From: the human T2T-CHM13v2.0 reference genome, Homo sapiens
Reading direction: 5' to 3' (one strand)
DNA length: 64,000 nucleotides
Assembly: GCF_009914755.1 (NCBI RefSeq)
Contig: NC_060940.1
How positions within the stretch are numbered: position 1 is the first letter of the stretch; the number at the start of each line of letters is the position of its first letter. The notes beneath the pieces were generated by a model. It was not told the origin of the DNA, did no database searches, and was given only the letters and a program-made list of their open reading frames with translations. Made by a program: the position numbers and the translations under genes. This document shows, piece by piece, positions 27,164-42,159 of the stretch.

Positions 27164-30100
27164 CGCTTGCTTTCGATGATGATTCCACTTGAGTCCGTTA
27201 GAAGATTCTATTCAATTACATTCCATGACGATTCCGTTCGAGTCCATTTGATGATTCCATTAGACTCCATTCGACGATGATTCCATTCGATGTTATTCGA
27301 TGATTCCATTCGATCTCATTCGATGATGATTCCATTCAACTCCATTCGATGTTTCCATTCGAGTTCATTCTGTTATTCCATTAGATTCCATTCGATGATG
27401 ATTCCATTCGATTCCATTTGATGATTGCATTCTATTTCATTTGATGATGATTCCATTCGAGTCCACTCTATGATTCCATTCGAGTCCATTTAATGAATCC
27501 ATTGGTTTCAATTCTATGATGATTACATTGGATTCCATTCGTTGATGATTTCATTAGGTTCCATTCAATGATGATTCCATTCAATTCCTTTCAATGTTTC
27601 CATTCAATTCCATACGATGATGATTCCATTTGATTTGATTCGACAGTGAGCCATTCGATTCAATTCCATGATGATTCTATTTGATTCAATTGGTTGACAT
27701 TTCCATTCGATTCCATTCGATAATGATTCCCTTTGATTCCATTCAAAGATGATTCCATTCTAGCCCATTCAATCATTCCATTCGATTCTATTCAATGATG
27801 ATTCCATTCATGTCGATTTGGTGATTCCATTTGACTTCATTTGATGGTGATTCCTTTCAAGTTCATTAGATGATTCCATTCGATTCCATTTGATGATGAT
27901 CCCATTCGAGTCCATTCAGTGATTCCATTCGTTTCCATTCCATGATGATTCCATTCCATTCCATGCAATGATTCCATTCGATTCCGTTTGATGATGATTT
28001 CATTCGAGTCCATTTGATGATTCCATTTGATTCCATTCGATGATGATTCCATTCGAGTCCATTCGATGATTCTATTCGAATCCATTTGATGATTTCTTTT
28101 GATTATAGTTGGTGATGATTCCATTGGAGTCCATTCAATGATTCCATTCGATTCCAATCGATGGTGATTCCATTAGAGTCCATTTAATGATTCCATTTGA
28201 TTCCAGTCTCTGATGATTACATTCGAGTCCATACGATGATTCCACTCAATTCCATATGAGGATGATTCCATTCGATTCCATTCGATGATTCCATTCTATT
28301 CTATTCAATGGTGATTCCATTCGAGTACATTAGATGATTCCATTCGATTCCATTCAATGATGATTCTATTTGTGTCCCTTAGATGATTCCACATGATTCC
28401 ATTAGATGATGATACTATTTGAGCCCATCCAATGATTCCCTTCGATTCCATTCGATGAGGATTCCATTCGATTCAATTCATTGGTGATTCTATTCAATTC
28501 AATTCTTTGATTCCATTCCATTCCATTCGACAATGATTCCATTCGATTTCTTTCGATGATTCCACTCGATTCCACTTGACATTGATTCCATTCGATTCCA
28601 TTCAATGATTCCATTTGATTCCAGTGGATGATGATTGCCATCGATTCCATTCGATCACTCCATTCTATTCCATTTGATGATGATTACATTCGATTCCATT
28701 TGATGATTCCATCTGATTCTATTCGAGGATTCCATTTGATTCCATTCGCTGATGATTCCATTCGAGTCCATTCGATGATTTCATTCGAGTACATCCAATG
28801 ATTCCATTCGAGTCCATTTGATGATTCCATTTGATTCCATTTGATTATGATTCTACTAGAGTCCATTCAATGACTCCATTCGAGTCCATTCAACAATTCC
28901 ATTCGACTCCATTCGATGATTCCATTCGATTCCATTTGATGGTTCCATTCGAGTCCATTTAATCATTACAGTCGAGTCCATTTGGTGATTCCGCTGGATT
29001 TCCTTTGATAATGACACCATTCAATTACATTTGATGATGATCCCATTCAATTTCATTTGATGATGACTCCATTAGAGTCCATTCGATGATTTTATTCGAG
29101 TCCCTTCATTGATTCCATCCGATTTCATTGGATGATGACTCCATTCGAGTCCATTCGATGATTCCACTCGATTCCATTAGATGATTCCATTGGAGTCCAT
29201 TTGATTGTCCCATTTGATTCCATTCGATTCCTTTCGAAGATTATTCCATTTGAGTCCATTCGATGATGATTCCATTCCATTCCATTCGATGATTCCGTTT
29301 GATTCCATTCGATGATTCCCTTCGATTCCTATCTTTGATGATTCCATTCCATTCCATTCAATGATTCCATTCGAATCTATTCCATGATGATTCCTTTCGA
29401 TTCCATTCGCTGATGTTTCCGTTCAATTCCATTCGATGATGATTCCATTCGATTCCATTCATTGAGGATTCCATTTGATTCCATTCAATGATGATTCCAT
29501 TCTATTCCATTCAAAGATTGCATTCAATTCCATTCAATGGTTATCCCATTAGAGTAAACTCAACGATTCCATTCAATACCATTCGATGATGATTCCTTTT
29601 GAGTCCATTCAATGATTTCATTCAAGTCCATTTGATGATTCCTTTCAATTCCATTCTATGATGATTCCATTCGAGTCCATTCGATGATTCCATTCGATTG
29701 CATTCGATGATTCCATTATATTCCATTCAATGATGATTCCATTCCAGTCCATTCGATGATTCCATTAGAGTACATTTAATGATTGCTTTGTTTTCAATTC
29801 GAAGATGATTACATTCGATTCCATTCTATGATACCATTCGATTCCATTCAATGATGACTCCACTCAAATCCATTGGATGATTCCATTCGTGTCCATTCGG
29901 TGATTTCATTAGATTCCATTCGAGGATGACTCCATTCGATTCCATTCGATGATTCCATTCAATTCCATTCGATGATGATTCCATTCGAGTCCATATGATC
30001 ATTCCATTTGATTTCATTCGATGATGATTCCATTCGATTCGATTCGACGATTCCATTCTATTCCATTCGATGATGATTCCATTCGAGTCCATTCGATCAT

Positions 30101-33100
30101 TCCATTCGAGTCCATTTAATGATTCCATTGGGTTCAATTCAATGATGATTACATTGGATTCCGTTCTATGATTCCATTCAATTCCGTTCATTGACAATTT
30201 GATTCCATTCGATGATGATTCCATTTGAGTTCATTCGATGATTCTATTCGATTCTCTTCGATGGTGATTCAATTCTATTATATTGGATGATTCCATTCGA
30301 TTCCATTTGATGTTGATTCAATTCGATTCTATTCGATGATGATTCCATTGGATTTCACTTGATGATTCTATTCGATTCCATTCAATGATGATTCACTTCT
30401 CGTCCATTGGATGATTCCATTTCATTCCATTCGATGATGATTCCATTCGATTCCATTCGATGATTCCATTTGATTCCATTCGACGGTGAGCAATTCGATT
30501 CAATTCCATGATGATTCTATTTGATTCAATTAGATGATGTTTCCATTCGAATCCATTCCATGATTATTCCATTGGAATCCATTCGGCGATGATTCCATAT
30601 GAGTCAATTCAATGATGATTCCATATGGGTCCGTTCGGTGATAATTCCATTTGATTTCATTCGATGCTTCTATTCAATTCCAGTCGATGATGATTCCGTT
30701 GGAGTCCATACGATGATTCCATTTGATTTCATTTCATGATGATTCCATTCGATGACAATTACATTGGATTCCATTCTATGATTCCATTCAATTCCATTCG
30801 TTGATGATTCGATTCCATTCAATGATGATTCCATTTGAGTTCATTCGATGATTCTATTCGATTACATTCTATGGTGATTCAATTCTCTTACATTGGATGA
30901 TTCGACTCGATTCCATTTGATGATTATTCCATTGGAGTCCACTTAGTGAATCATTTAGATTCTACTCGAAGATGATTCCATTCGAGTCCATTCGATGATA
31001 CCATTCAATTCCATTCGTTGATGCTTCCATTCAAGTGCATTCGATGATATCATTCGATTCCATTTGATGATAATTCCATTTGATTCCATGCGATGATTCT
31101 ATTCGATTCCATTCAATGATAATTCCATTCAATTCAGTGATTCCTCTGGACTCCATTTGATGATGATTCCATTCAATGATTCCATTCGATTCTATTCGAA
31201 AATGATTCCATTTGAATCCATTTGATGACGATTCCATTCCATTCCATTTGATGATTCCATTCTATTCTATTCGATGATGATTCCATTCGATTCCATTCGA
31301 TGATGATTGGATTCGATTCCATTTGATGATTTCATTTGATTCCATTCGTTAATGATTTCGATCAATTCCATTCGATGATTCCATTCGATTCCATTCGATA
31401 ATGATTACATCCGAGTCCATTCGATGATTCCCTTTGAGCCTGTTCGATAATTCCATTTGAGTCCAACCAATGATTCCATTCATTTCCATTCAATGATTCC
31501 ATTCGAGTCCATTTGATCATTCCGGTAGGGTCCATTCGATGTTGATTCCATTGGAGTGCATTCGATGATTCCATTCGAGTCCATTTTAGGATTTGATTCG
31601 AGTCCTTTCGATGATTCCATTCGATTCCACTCGATGATGATTTCATTCGAGTCCATTCGACACTTCCAATCGATTCCATTTGATGATTCCATTCGAGTCC
31701 AATTGATGATTCCATTCAATTCCATTCGATGATGATTCCGTACGATTCCATTCTGTGATGATTCCATGTGATTGCATTCAATGATGATTCCTTTCGATTG
31801 CATTCGATTATGATTCATTTCGTGTTCATTCTATGGTTCCACAGGTTTCCATTCGTGTCCATTCCATTATTCCATTCTATTCCATTTCATGATGATTCCA
31901 TTCGATTCCATTCATTGGTGATTCCACTCAATTCCATTCAATGATTCCATTCCATTTCTTTCAACAATGATTCCATTAGTTTCTAATCGATGATCCACTT
32001 GATTCCATTTGACGACGATTCCATTCTTGTCCATTCGATGATTCCATTTGATTCCATATGATGATGATTCCATTCGATTCCATACGATGATGATTCCATT
32101 CGAGTCCATTCAATGGTGATTCCACTCAATTCCATTCGATGTTTCCTTTCGATTCCATTCGATGATGATGGCATTCGATTCCTTTCAATCATTCCCTTTG
32201 ATTCCATTCAAAGGTGATTTCATTCAAGTCCATTCGATAATTGCATTCGATTCCATTCTATGATGATTCCATTCGAGTCCATTTGATGATTCCATTCAAT
32301 TCAAGTCAATGATGATTCCATTCGATTCCATTCGATGATTCCATTGGATTCCATTCGATGATGATTCCATTCAAATCCATTCGATAATTCAATTCAAGTC
32401 CATTCGATGATGATTCCAATCGAATCCATTCAAAGATTCCATTCAGTTCCATTCGATGATTCCCTTAGATTCCATTCGATGATTCCACTTGATTCCATTT
32501 ACGATGATTCCATTCGATTCCATGTGATGATTCCATTCAATTCTATTCAATGGTGTCTCCATTTGATTCCATTCGACCATGATTGCTTTTGATTCCATTC
32601 AATGATTCCATTCGGTTCCGTTTGATGATGATTCCGTTCGATTCCATTTGATGATTCCATTTGATTCCATTGGATGAGTCCATTCAATTACATTCGATGA
32701 TTATTCCATTCGAGTGCATTAGATGATTCCATTCGAGTCCATTCGATGATTCCATTCGATTCCATTCGATGTTGATTCTGTTCAAATCCATTCGATGATT
32801 CCACTCGATTCCATTCGATGACTCCATTTGATCCCATTCGATGATTTTCTTTGATTCTCTTTGATGATCATTCCATTTGATTCAATTCTGTGATTTCATT
32901 TGATTCCATTCAGTGATGTTTCCATTCGACTCCATTCGATGATGATTCCATTCGACTCCATTCGATTATGATTTCATTCAATTCCATTCGATAATGATTC
33001 CCTTCGAGTCCATTCGATGATTCCATTCGATTCCATTCAACGATGATTTGATTCGTGTCCATTCGATGATTCCATTTGATTCCACTTGATGATGATTCCA

Positions 33101-33226
33101 TTCGAGTCCATTTGATGATTCCATTCAATTCCATACTCCGATGATTTCTTTTGAGCCCACTCAATGCTTCCACTCGATTCCATATGATGATGACTCCATT
33201 CGATGAAATTCGATGATGATTCCATT
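27164..33226 (+). repeat. Higher-order unit, short form, 6063 bp
   Basis: Landmarks at 27164 and 33227. Lacks the 2831-bp segment and has small monomer-sized deletions (e.g. 49 bp near 31240). Confidence 0.85.
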
Positions 33227-35299
33227 CGCTTGCTTTCGATGATGATTCCACTTGAGTCCGTTAGAAGATTCTATTCAATTACATTCCATGACGATTCCGT
33301 TCGAGTCCATTTGATGATTCCATTAGACTCCATTCGACGATGATTCCATTCGATGTTATTCGATGATTCCATTCGATCTCATTCGATGATGATTCCATTC
33401 AACTCCATTCGATGTTTCCATTCGAGTTCATTCTATTATTCCATTAGATTCCATTCGATGATGATTCCATTCGATTCCATTTGATGATTGCATTCTATTT
33501 CATTTGATGATGATTCCATTCGAGTCCACTCGATGATTCCATTCGAGTTCATTTAATGAATCCATTGGTTTCAATTCTATGATGATTACATTGGATTCCA
33601 TTCGTTGATGATTTCATTCGGTTCCATTCAATGATGATTCCATTCAATTCCTTTCAATGTTTCCATTCAATTCCATACGATGATGATTCCATTTGATTTG
33701 ATTCGACAGTGAGCCATTCAATTCAATTCCATGATGATTCTATTTGATTCAATTGGTTGACATTTCCATTCGATTCCATTCGATGATGATTCACTTTGAT
33801 TCCATTCAAAGATGATTCCATTCTAGCCCATTCAATCATTCCATTCGATTCTATTCAATGATGATTCCATTCATGTCGATTTGGTGATTCCATTTGACTT
33901 CATTTGATGATGATTCCTTTCAAGTTCATTAGATGATTCCATTCGATTCCATTTGATGATGATCCCATTCGAGTCCATTCAGTGATTCCATTCGTTTCCA
34001 TTCCATGATGATTCCATTCCATTCCATTCAATGATTCCATTCGATTCCGTTTGATGATGATTTCATTCGAGTCCATTTGATGATTCCATTTGATTCCATT
34101 CGATGATGATTCCATTCGAGTCCATTCGATGATTCTATTCGAATCCATTTGATGATTTCTTTTGATTATAGTTGGTGATGATTCCATTGGAGTCCATTCA
34201 ATGATTCCATTCGATTCCAATCGATGATGATTCCATTAGAGTCCATTTAATGTTTCCATTTGATTCCAGTCTCTGATGATTACATTCGAGTCCATACGAT
34301 GATTCCACTCAATTCCATATGATGATGATTCCATTCGATTCCATTCGATAATGATTACATCCGAGTCCATTCGATGATTCCCTTTGAGCCTCTTCGATAA
34401 TTCCATTTGAGTCCAACCAATGATTCCATTCATTTCCATTCAATGATTCCATTCGAGTCCATTTGATCATTCCGGTAGGGTCCATTCGATGTTGATTCCA
34501 TTGGACTGCATTCGATGATTCCATTCGAGTCCATTTTAGGATTTGATTCGAGTCCTTTCGATGATTCCATTCAATTCCACTCGATGATGATTTCATTCGA
34601 GTCCATTCGACACTTCCAATCGATTCCATTTGATGATTCCATTCGAGTCCAATTGATGATTCCATTCAATTCCATTCGATGATGATTCCGTACGATTCCA
34701 TTCTGTGATGATTCCATGTGATTGCATTCAATGATGATTCCTTTCGATTGCATTCGATTATGATTCATTTCGTGTTCATTCTATGGTTCCACAGGTTTCC
34801 ATTCGATGACGTTTCCGTTCGTGTCCATTCCATTATTCCATTCTATTTCATTTGATGATGATTCCATTCGATTCCATTCATTGGTGATTCCACTCAATTC
34901 CATTCAATGATTCCGTTCCATTTCTTTCAACAATGATTCCATTAGTTTCTATTCGATGATCCACTTGATTCCATTTGGCGATGATTCCATTCGTGTCCAT
35001 TCGATGATTCCATTTGATTCCATATGATGATGATTCCATTCGATTCCATACGATGATGATTCTATTCGAGTCCATTCAATGGTGATTCCATTCAATTCCA
35101 TTCGATGATTCCTTCCGATTCCATTCGATGATGATGGCATTCGATTCCTTTCAATCATTCCCTTTGATTCCATTCAAAGGTGATTTCATTCAAGTCCATT
35201 CGATAATTGCATTCGATTCCATTCTATGATGATTCCATTCGAGTCCATTTGATGATTCCATTCAATTCAAGTCAATGATGATTCCATTCGATTCCACTC

Positions 35300-36765
35300 G
35301 ATGATTCCATTGGATTCCATTCGATGATGATTCCATTCAAATCCATTCGATAATTCAATTCAAGTCCATTCGATGATGATTCCAATCGAATCCATTCAAA
35401 GATTCCATTCAGTTCCATTCGATGATGATTCCCTTAGATTCCATTCGATGATTCCACTTGATTCCATTTACGATGATTCCATTCGATTCCATGTGATGAA
35501 TCCATTCAATTCTATTCAATGATGTTTCCGTTTGATTCCATTGGACCATGATTGCCTTTGATTCCATTCAATGATTCCATTCGGTTCCATTTGATGATGA
35601 TTCCGTTCGATTCCATTTCATTATTCCATTTGATTCCATTGGATGAGTCCATTCGATTACATTCGATGATTATTCCATTCGAGTGCATTAGATGATTGCA
35701 TTCGAGTCCATTCGATGATTCCATTCGATTCCATTCGATGTTGATTCTGTTCAAATCCATTCGATGATTCCACTCGATTCCATTCGATGACTCCATTTGA
35801 TCCCATTCGATGATTTCCTGTGATTCCCTTTGATGATCATTCTATTTGATTCAATTCGGTGATTTCATTTCATTCCATTCAGTGATGTTTCCATTCGACT
35901 GTATTCCATGATGATTCCATTCGACTCCATTCGATTATGATTTCATTCAATTCCATTCAATAATGATTCCCTTCGAGTCCATTCGATGATTCCATTCGAT
36001 TCCATTCAACGATGATTTGATTCGTTTCCATTCGATGATTCCATTGGATTCCATTCGATGATGATTCCATTCAAATCCATTCGATAATTCAATTCAAGTC
36101 CATTCAATGATGATTCCAATCGAATCCATTCAAAGATTCCATTCAGTTCCATTCGATGATTCCCTTAGATTCCATTCGATGATTCCACTTGATTCCATTT
36201 ACGATGATTCCATTCGATTTCATGTGATGATTCCATTCAATTCTATTCAATGATGTTTCCATTTGATTCCATTCGACCATGATTGCCTTTGATTCCATTC
36301 AATGATTGCATTCGGTTCCTTTTGATGATGATTCCGTTCGATTCCATTTGATGATTCCATTTGATTCCATTGGATGAGTTTATTCGATTACATTCGATGA
36401 TTATTCCATTCGAGTGCATTAGATGATTCCATTCGAGTCCATTCGATGATTCCATTCGATTCCATTCGATGTTGATTCTGTTCAAATCCATTCGATGATT
36501 CCACTCGATTCCATTCGATGACTCCATTTTATCCCATTCGATGATTTCCTGTGATTCCCTTTGATGATCATTATATTTGATTCAATTCGGTGATTTCATT
36601 TGATTCCATTCAGTGACGTTTCCATTCCACTCCATTCGATGATGATTCCATTCGACTCCATTCGATTATGATTTCATTCAATTCCATTCGATAATGATTC
36701 CCTTCGAGTCCATTCGATGATTCCATTCGATTCCATTCAACGATGATTTGATTCGTGTCCATTCG
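35300..36765 (+). repeat. Nested ~731-bp tandem duplication, instance 1
   Basis: ORF 35512->36243 (+731). The junction CAACGATGATTTGATTCGTTTCCATTCGATGATTCCATTGG at ~36007-36047 joins reference position ~930 back to ~205. Confidence 0.85.
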
Positions 36766-39700
36766 ATGATTCCATTTGATTCCACTTGATGATGATTCCA
36801 TTCGAGTCCATTTGATGATTCCATTCAATTCCATTCTCCGATGATTTCTTTTGAGCCCATTCAATGCTTCCACTCGATTCCATATGATGATGACTCCATT
36901 CGATGAAATTCGATGATGATTCCATTCGCTTGCGTTCCATGATGATTCCACTTGAGTCCGTTAGAAGATTCTATTCAATTACATTCCATGACGATTCCAT
37001 TCGAGTCCATTTGATGATTACATTAGACTCCATTCGACGATGATTCCATTCGATGTTATTCGATGATTCCATTCGATCTCATTCGATGATGATTCCATTC
37101 AACTCCATTCGATGTTTCCATTCGAGTTCATACTATTATTCCATTAGATTCCATTCGATGATGATTCCATTCGATTCCATTTGATGATTGCATTCTATTT
37201 CATTTAATGATGATTCCATTCGAGTCCACTCGATGATTCCATTCGAGTCCATTTAATGAATCCATTGGTTTCAATTCTATGATGATTACTTTGGATTCCA
37301 TTCGTTGATGATTTCATTCGGTTCCATTCAATGATGATTCCATTCAATTCCTTTCAATGTTTCCATTCAATTCCATACGATGATGATTCCATTTGATTTG
37401 ATTCGACAGTGAGCCATTCGATTCAATTCCATGATGATTCTATTTGATTCAATTGGTTGACATTTCCATTCGATTCCATTCGATGATGATTCCCTTTGAT
37501 TCCATTCAAAGATGATTCCATTCTAGCCCATTCAATCATTCCATTCGATTCTATTCAATGATGATTCCATTCATGTCGATTTGGTGATTCCATTTGACTT
37601 CATTTGATGATGATTCCTTTCAAGTTCATTAGATGATTCCATTCGATTCCATTTGATGATGATCCCATTCGAGTCCATTCAGTGATTCCATTCGTTTCCA
37701 TTCCATGATGATTCCATTCCATTCCATGCAATGATTCCATTCGATTCCGTTTGATGATGATTTCATTCGAGTCCATTTGATGATTCCATTTGATTCCATT
37801 CGATGATGATTCCATTCGAGTCCATTCGATGATTCTACTCGAATCCACTTCATGATTTCTTTTGATTATAGTTGGTGATGATTCCATTGGAGTCCATTCA
37901 ATGATTCCATTCGATTCCAATCGATGGTGATTCCATTAGAGTCCATTTAATGATTCCATTTGATTCCAGTCTCTGATGATTACATTCGAGTCCATACGAT
38001 GATTCCACTCAATTCCATATGATGATGATTCCATTCGATTCCATTCGATGATTCCATTCTATTCTATTCAATGGTGATTCCATTCGAGTACATTAGATGA
38101 TTCCATTCGATTCCATTCAATGATGATTCTATTTGTGTCCCTTAGATGATTCCACATGATTCCATTAGATGATGATACTATTTGAGCCCATCCAATGATT
38201 CCCTTCGATTCCATTCGATGAGGATTCTATTCGATTCAATTCATTGGTGATTCTATTCAATTCAATTCTTTGATTCCATTCCATTCCATTCGACAATGAT
38301 TCCATTCGATTTCTTTCGATGATTCCACTCGATTCCACTTGACATTGATTCCATTCAATTCCATTCAGTGATTCCATTTGATTCCAGTGGATGATGATTG
38401 CCATCGATTCCATTCGATCACTCCATTCTATTCCATTTGATGATGATTACATTCGATTCCATTTGATGATTCCATCTGATTCTATTCGAGGATTCCATTT
38501 GATTCCTTTCGATGATGATTCCATTCGAGTCCATTCGATGATTTCATTCGAGTACATCCAATGATTCCATTCGAGTCCATTTGATGATTCCATTTGATTC
38601 CATTTGATAATGATTCTACTAGAGTCCATTCAATGACTCCTTTGGAGTCCATTCAACAATTCCATTCGACTCCATTCGATGATTCCATTCCAGTCCATTT
38701 GATGATTCCATTCGAGTCCATTTAATCATTACAGTCGAGTCCATTTGGTGATTCCACTGGATTTCTTTTGATAATGATACCATTCAATTACATTTGATGA
38801 TGATCCCATTCAATTTCATTTGATGATGATTCCATTAGAGTCCATTCGATGATATCATTCGAGTCCCTTTATTGATTCCATCCGATTTCATTGGATGATG
38901 ACACCATTCGAGTCCATTCGATGATTCCTCTCGATTCCATTAGATGATTCCATTGGAGTCCATTTGATTGTTCCATTCGATTCCATTCGATTCCTTTCGA
39001 AGATTATTCCATTTGAGTCCATTCGATGATGATTCCATTCCATTCCATTCGATGATTCCGTTTGATTCCATTCGATGATTCCCTTCGATTCCTTTCTTTG
39101 ATGATTCCATTCCATTCCATTCAATGATTCCATTCGAATCTATTCCATGATGATTCCTTTCGATTCCATTCGCTGATGTTTCCGTTCAATTCCTTCGATG
39201 ATGATTCCATTCGATTCCATTCATTGAGGATTCCATTTGATTCCATTCAATGATGATTCCGTTCTATTCCATTCAATGATTGCATTCAATTCCATTCAAT
39301 GATTATCCCCTTAGAGTAAACTCAACGATTCCATTAAATACCATTAGATGATGATTCCTTTTGAGTCCATTCAATGATTTCATTCAAGTCCATTTAATGA
39401 TTCCTTTCAATTTCTTTCTATGATGATTCCATTCGAGTCCATTCGATGATTCCATTCGATTGCATTCGATGATTCCATTATATTCCAGTCAACGATGATT
39501 CCATTCGAGTCCATTCGATGATTCCATTAGAGTATATTTAATGATTGCTTTGTTTTCAATTCGAAGATGATTACATTGGATTCCATTCTATGATACCATT
39601 CGATTCCATTCAATGATGATTCCACTCCAATCCATTGGATGATTCCATTCGTGTCCATTCGGTGATTTCATTAGATTCCATTCGAGGATGATTCCATTCG

Positions 39701-42159
39701 ATTCCATTCGATGATTCCATTCAATTCCATTCGATGATGATTCCATTCCAGTCCATATGATCATTCCATTTGATTTCATTCGATGATGATTCCATTCGAT
39801 TCCATTCGATGATTCCATTCTATTCCATTCGATGATGATTCCATTCGAGTCCATTCGATGATTCCATTCGAGTCCATTTAATGATTCCATTGGGTTCAAT
39901 TCAATGATGTTTACCTTGGATTCCGTTCTATGATTCCATTCAATTCCGTTCATTGACAATTTGATTCCATTCGATGATGATTCCATTTGAGTTCATACGA
40001 TGATTCTATTCGATTCTCTTCGATGGTGATTCAATTGTATTATATTGGATGATTCCATTCGATTCCATTTGATGTTGATTCAATTCGATTCTATTCGATG
40101 ATGATTCCATTGGATTTCACTTGATGATTCTATTCGATTCCATTCAATGATGATTCACTTCTCGTCCATTGGATGATTGCATTTCATTCCATTCGATGAT
40201 GATTCCATTCGATTCCATTCGATGATTCCATTTGATTCCATGCGACGGTGAGCAATTCGATTCAATTCCATGATGATTCTATTTGATTCAATTAGATGAT
40301 GTTTCCATTCGAATCCATTCCATGATTATTCCATTGGAATCCATTTGGCGATGATTCCATATGAGTCAATTCAATGATGATTCCATATGGGTCCGTTCGA
40401 TGATAATTCCATTTGATTTCATTCGATGCTTCTATTCAATTCCAGTTGATGATGTTTCCGTTGGAGTCCATACGATGATTCCATTTGATTTCATTTGATG
40501 ATGATTCCATTCGATGATGATTACATTGGATTCCATTCTATGATTCCATTCAATTCCATTCGTTGATGATTCGATTCCATTCAATGATGATTCCATTTGA
40601 GTTCATTCGATGATTCTATTCGATTCCGTTCGATGGTGATTCAATTCTATTATATTGGATGATTCCACTCGATTCCATTTGATGATTATTCCATTGGAGT
40701 CCACTTAGTGAATCCTTTAGATTCTACTCGAAGATGATTCCATTCGAGTCCATTCGATGATACCATTCAATTCCATTCGTTGATGCTTCCATTCAAGTGC
40801 ATTCGATGATATCATTCGATTCCATTTGATGATAATTCCATTTGATTCCATGCGATGATTCTATTCGATTCCATTCAATGATAATTCCATTCAATTCAGT
40901 GATTCCTCTGGACTCCATTTGATGATGATTCCACTCAATGATTCCATTCGATTCTATTCCAAAATGATTCCATTTGAATCCATTTGATGATGATTCCATT
41001 AGATTCCATTTGATGATTCCATTCGATTCCATTCAACGATGATTCCATTTGATTCCATTTGATGATTCCATTCTATTCTATTCGATGATGATTCCATTCG
41101 ATTCCATTCGATGATGATTGGATTCGATTCCATTTGATGATTTCATTTGATTCCATTCGTTAATGATTTCGATCAATTCCATTCGATGATTCCATTCGAT
41201 TCCATTCGATAATGACTATATCCGAGTCCATCGATGATTCCATTTGAGCCTGTTCGATAATTCCATTTGAGTCCAACCAATGATTCCATTCATTTCCATT
41301 CAATGATTCCATTCGAGTCCATTTGATCATTCCGGTAGGGTCCATTCGATGTTGATTCCATTGGAGTGCATTCGATGATTCCATTCGAGTCCATTTTATG
41401 ATTTGTTTCGAGTCCTTTCGATGATTCCATTCGATTCCACTCGATGATGATTTCATTCGAGTCCATTCGACACTTCCAATCGATTCCATTTGATGTTTCC
41501 ATTCGAGTCCAATTGATGATTCCATTCAATTCCATTCGATGATGATTCCGTACGATTCCATTCTGTGATGATTCCATGTGATTGCATTCAATGATGATTC
41601 CTTTCGATTGCATTTGATTATGATTCATTTCGTGTTCATTCTATGGTTCCACAGGTTTCCATTCGATGACGTTTCCGTTCGTGTCCATTCCATTATTCCA
41701 TTCTATTTCATTTGATGATGATTCCATTCGATTCCATTCATTGGTGATTCCACTCAATTCCATTCAATGATTCCATTCCATTTCTTTCAACAATGATTCC
41801 ATTAGTTTCTATTCGATGATCCACTTGATTCCATTTGGCGATGATTCCATTCGTGTCCATTCGATGATTCCATTTGATTCCATATGATGATGATTCCATT
41901 CGATTCCATACCATGATGATTCCATTCGAGTCCATTCAATGGTGATTCCATTCAATTCCATTCGATGATTCCTTCCGATTCCATTCGATGATGATGGCAT
42001 TCGATTCCTTTCAATCATTCCCTTTGATTCCATTCAAAGGTGATTTCATTCAAGTCCATTCGATAATTGCATTCGATTCCATTCTATGATGATTCCATTC
42101 GAGTCCATTTGATGATTCCATTCAATTCAAGTCAATGATGATTCCATTCGATTCCACTC

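Larger units (their letters stand above)
12015..30165 (+). repeat. Near-identical 9076-bp tandem duplication (copy 1 ~12015-21090, copy 2 ~21091-30165)
   Basis: Every ORF from 13060 to 20750 recurs at exactly +9076, and the translations are identical except for the last one. Only a few SNVs were seen (e.g. 12551 A vs T, 12623 G vs T, 14517 G vs T). Ends are approximate. Confidence 0.9.

Noticed and set aside
32407-32592. Single plus-strand 61-aa ORF
   Set aside because: Chance loss of a stop codon in one satellite copy; homologous copies do not give this ORF.
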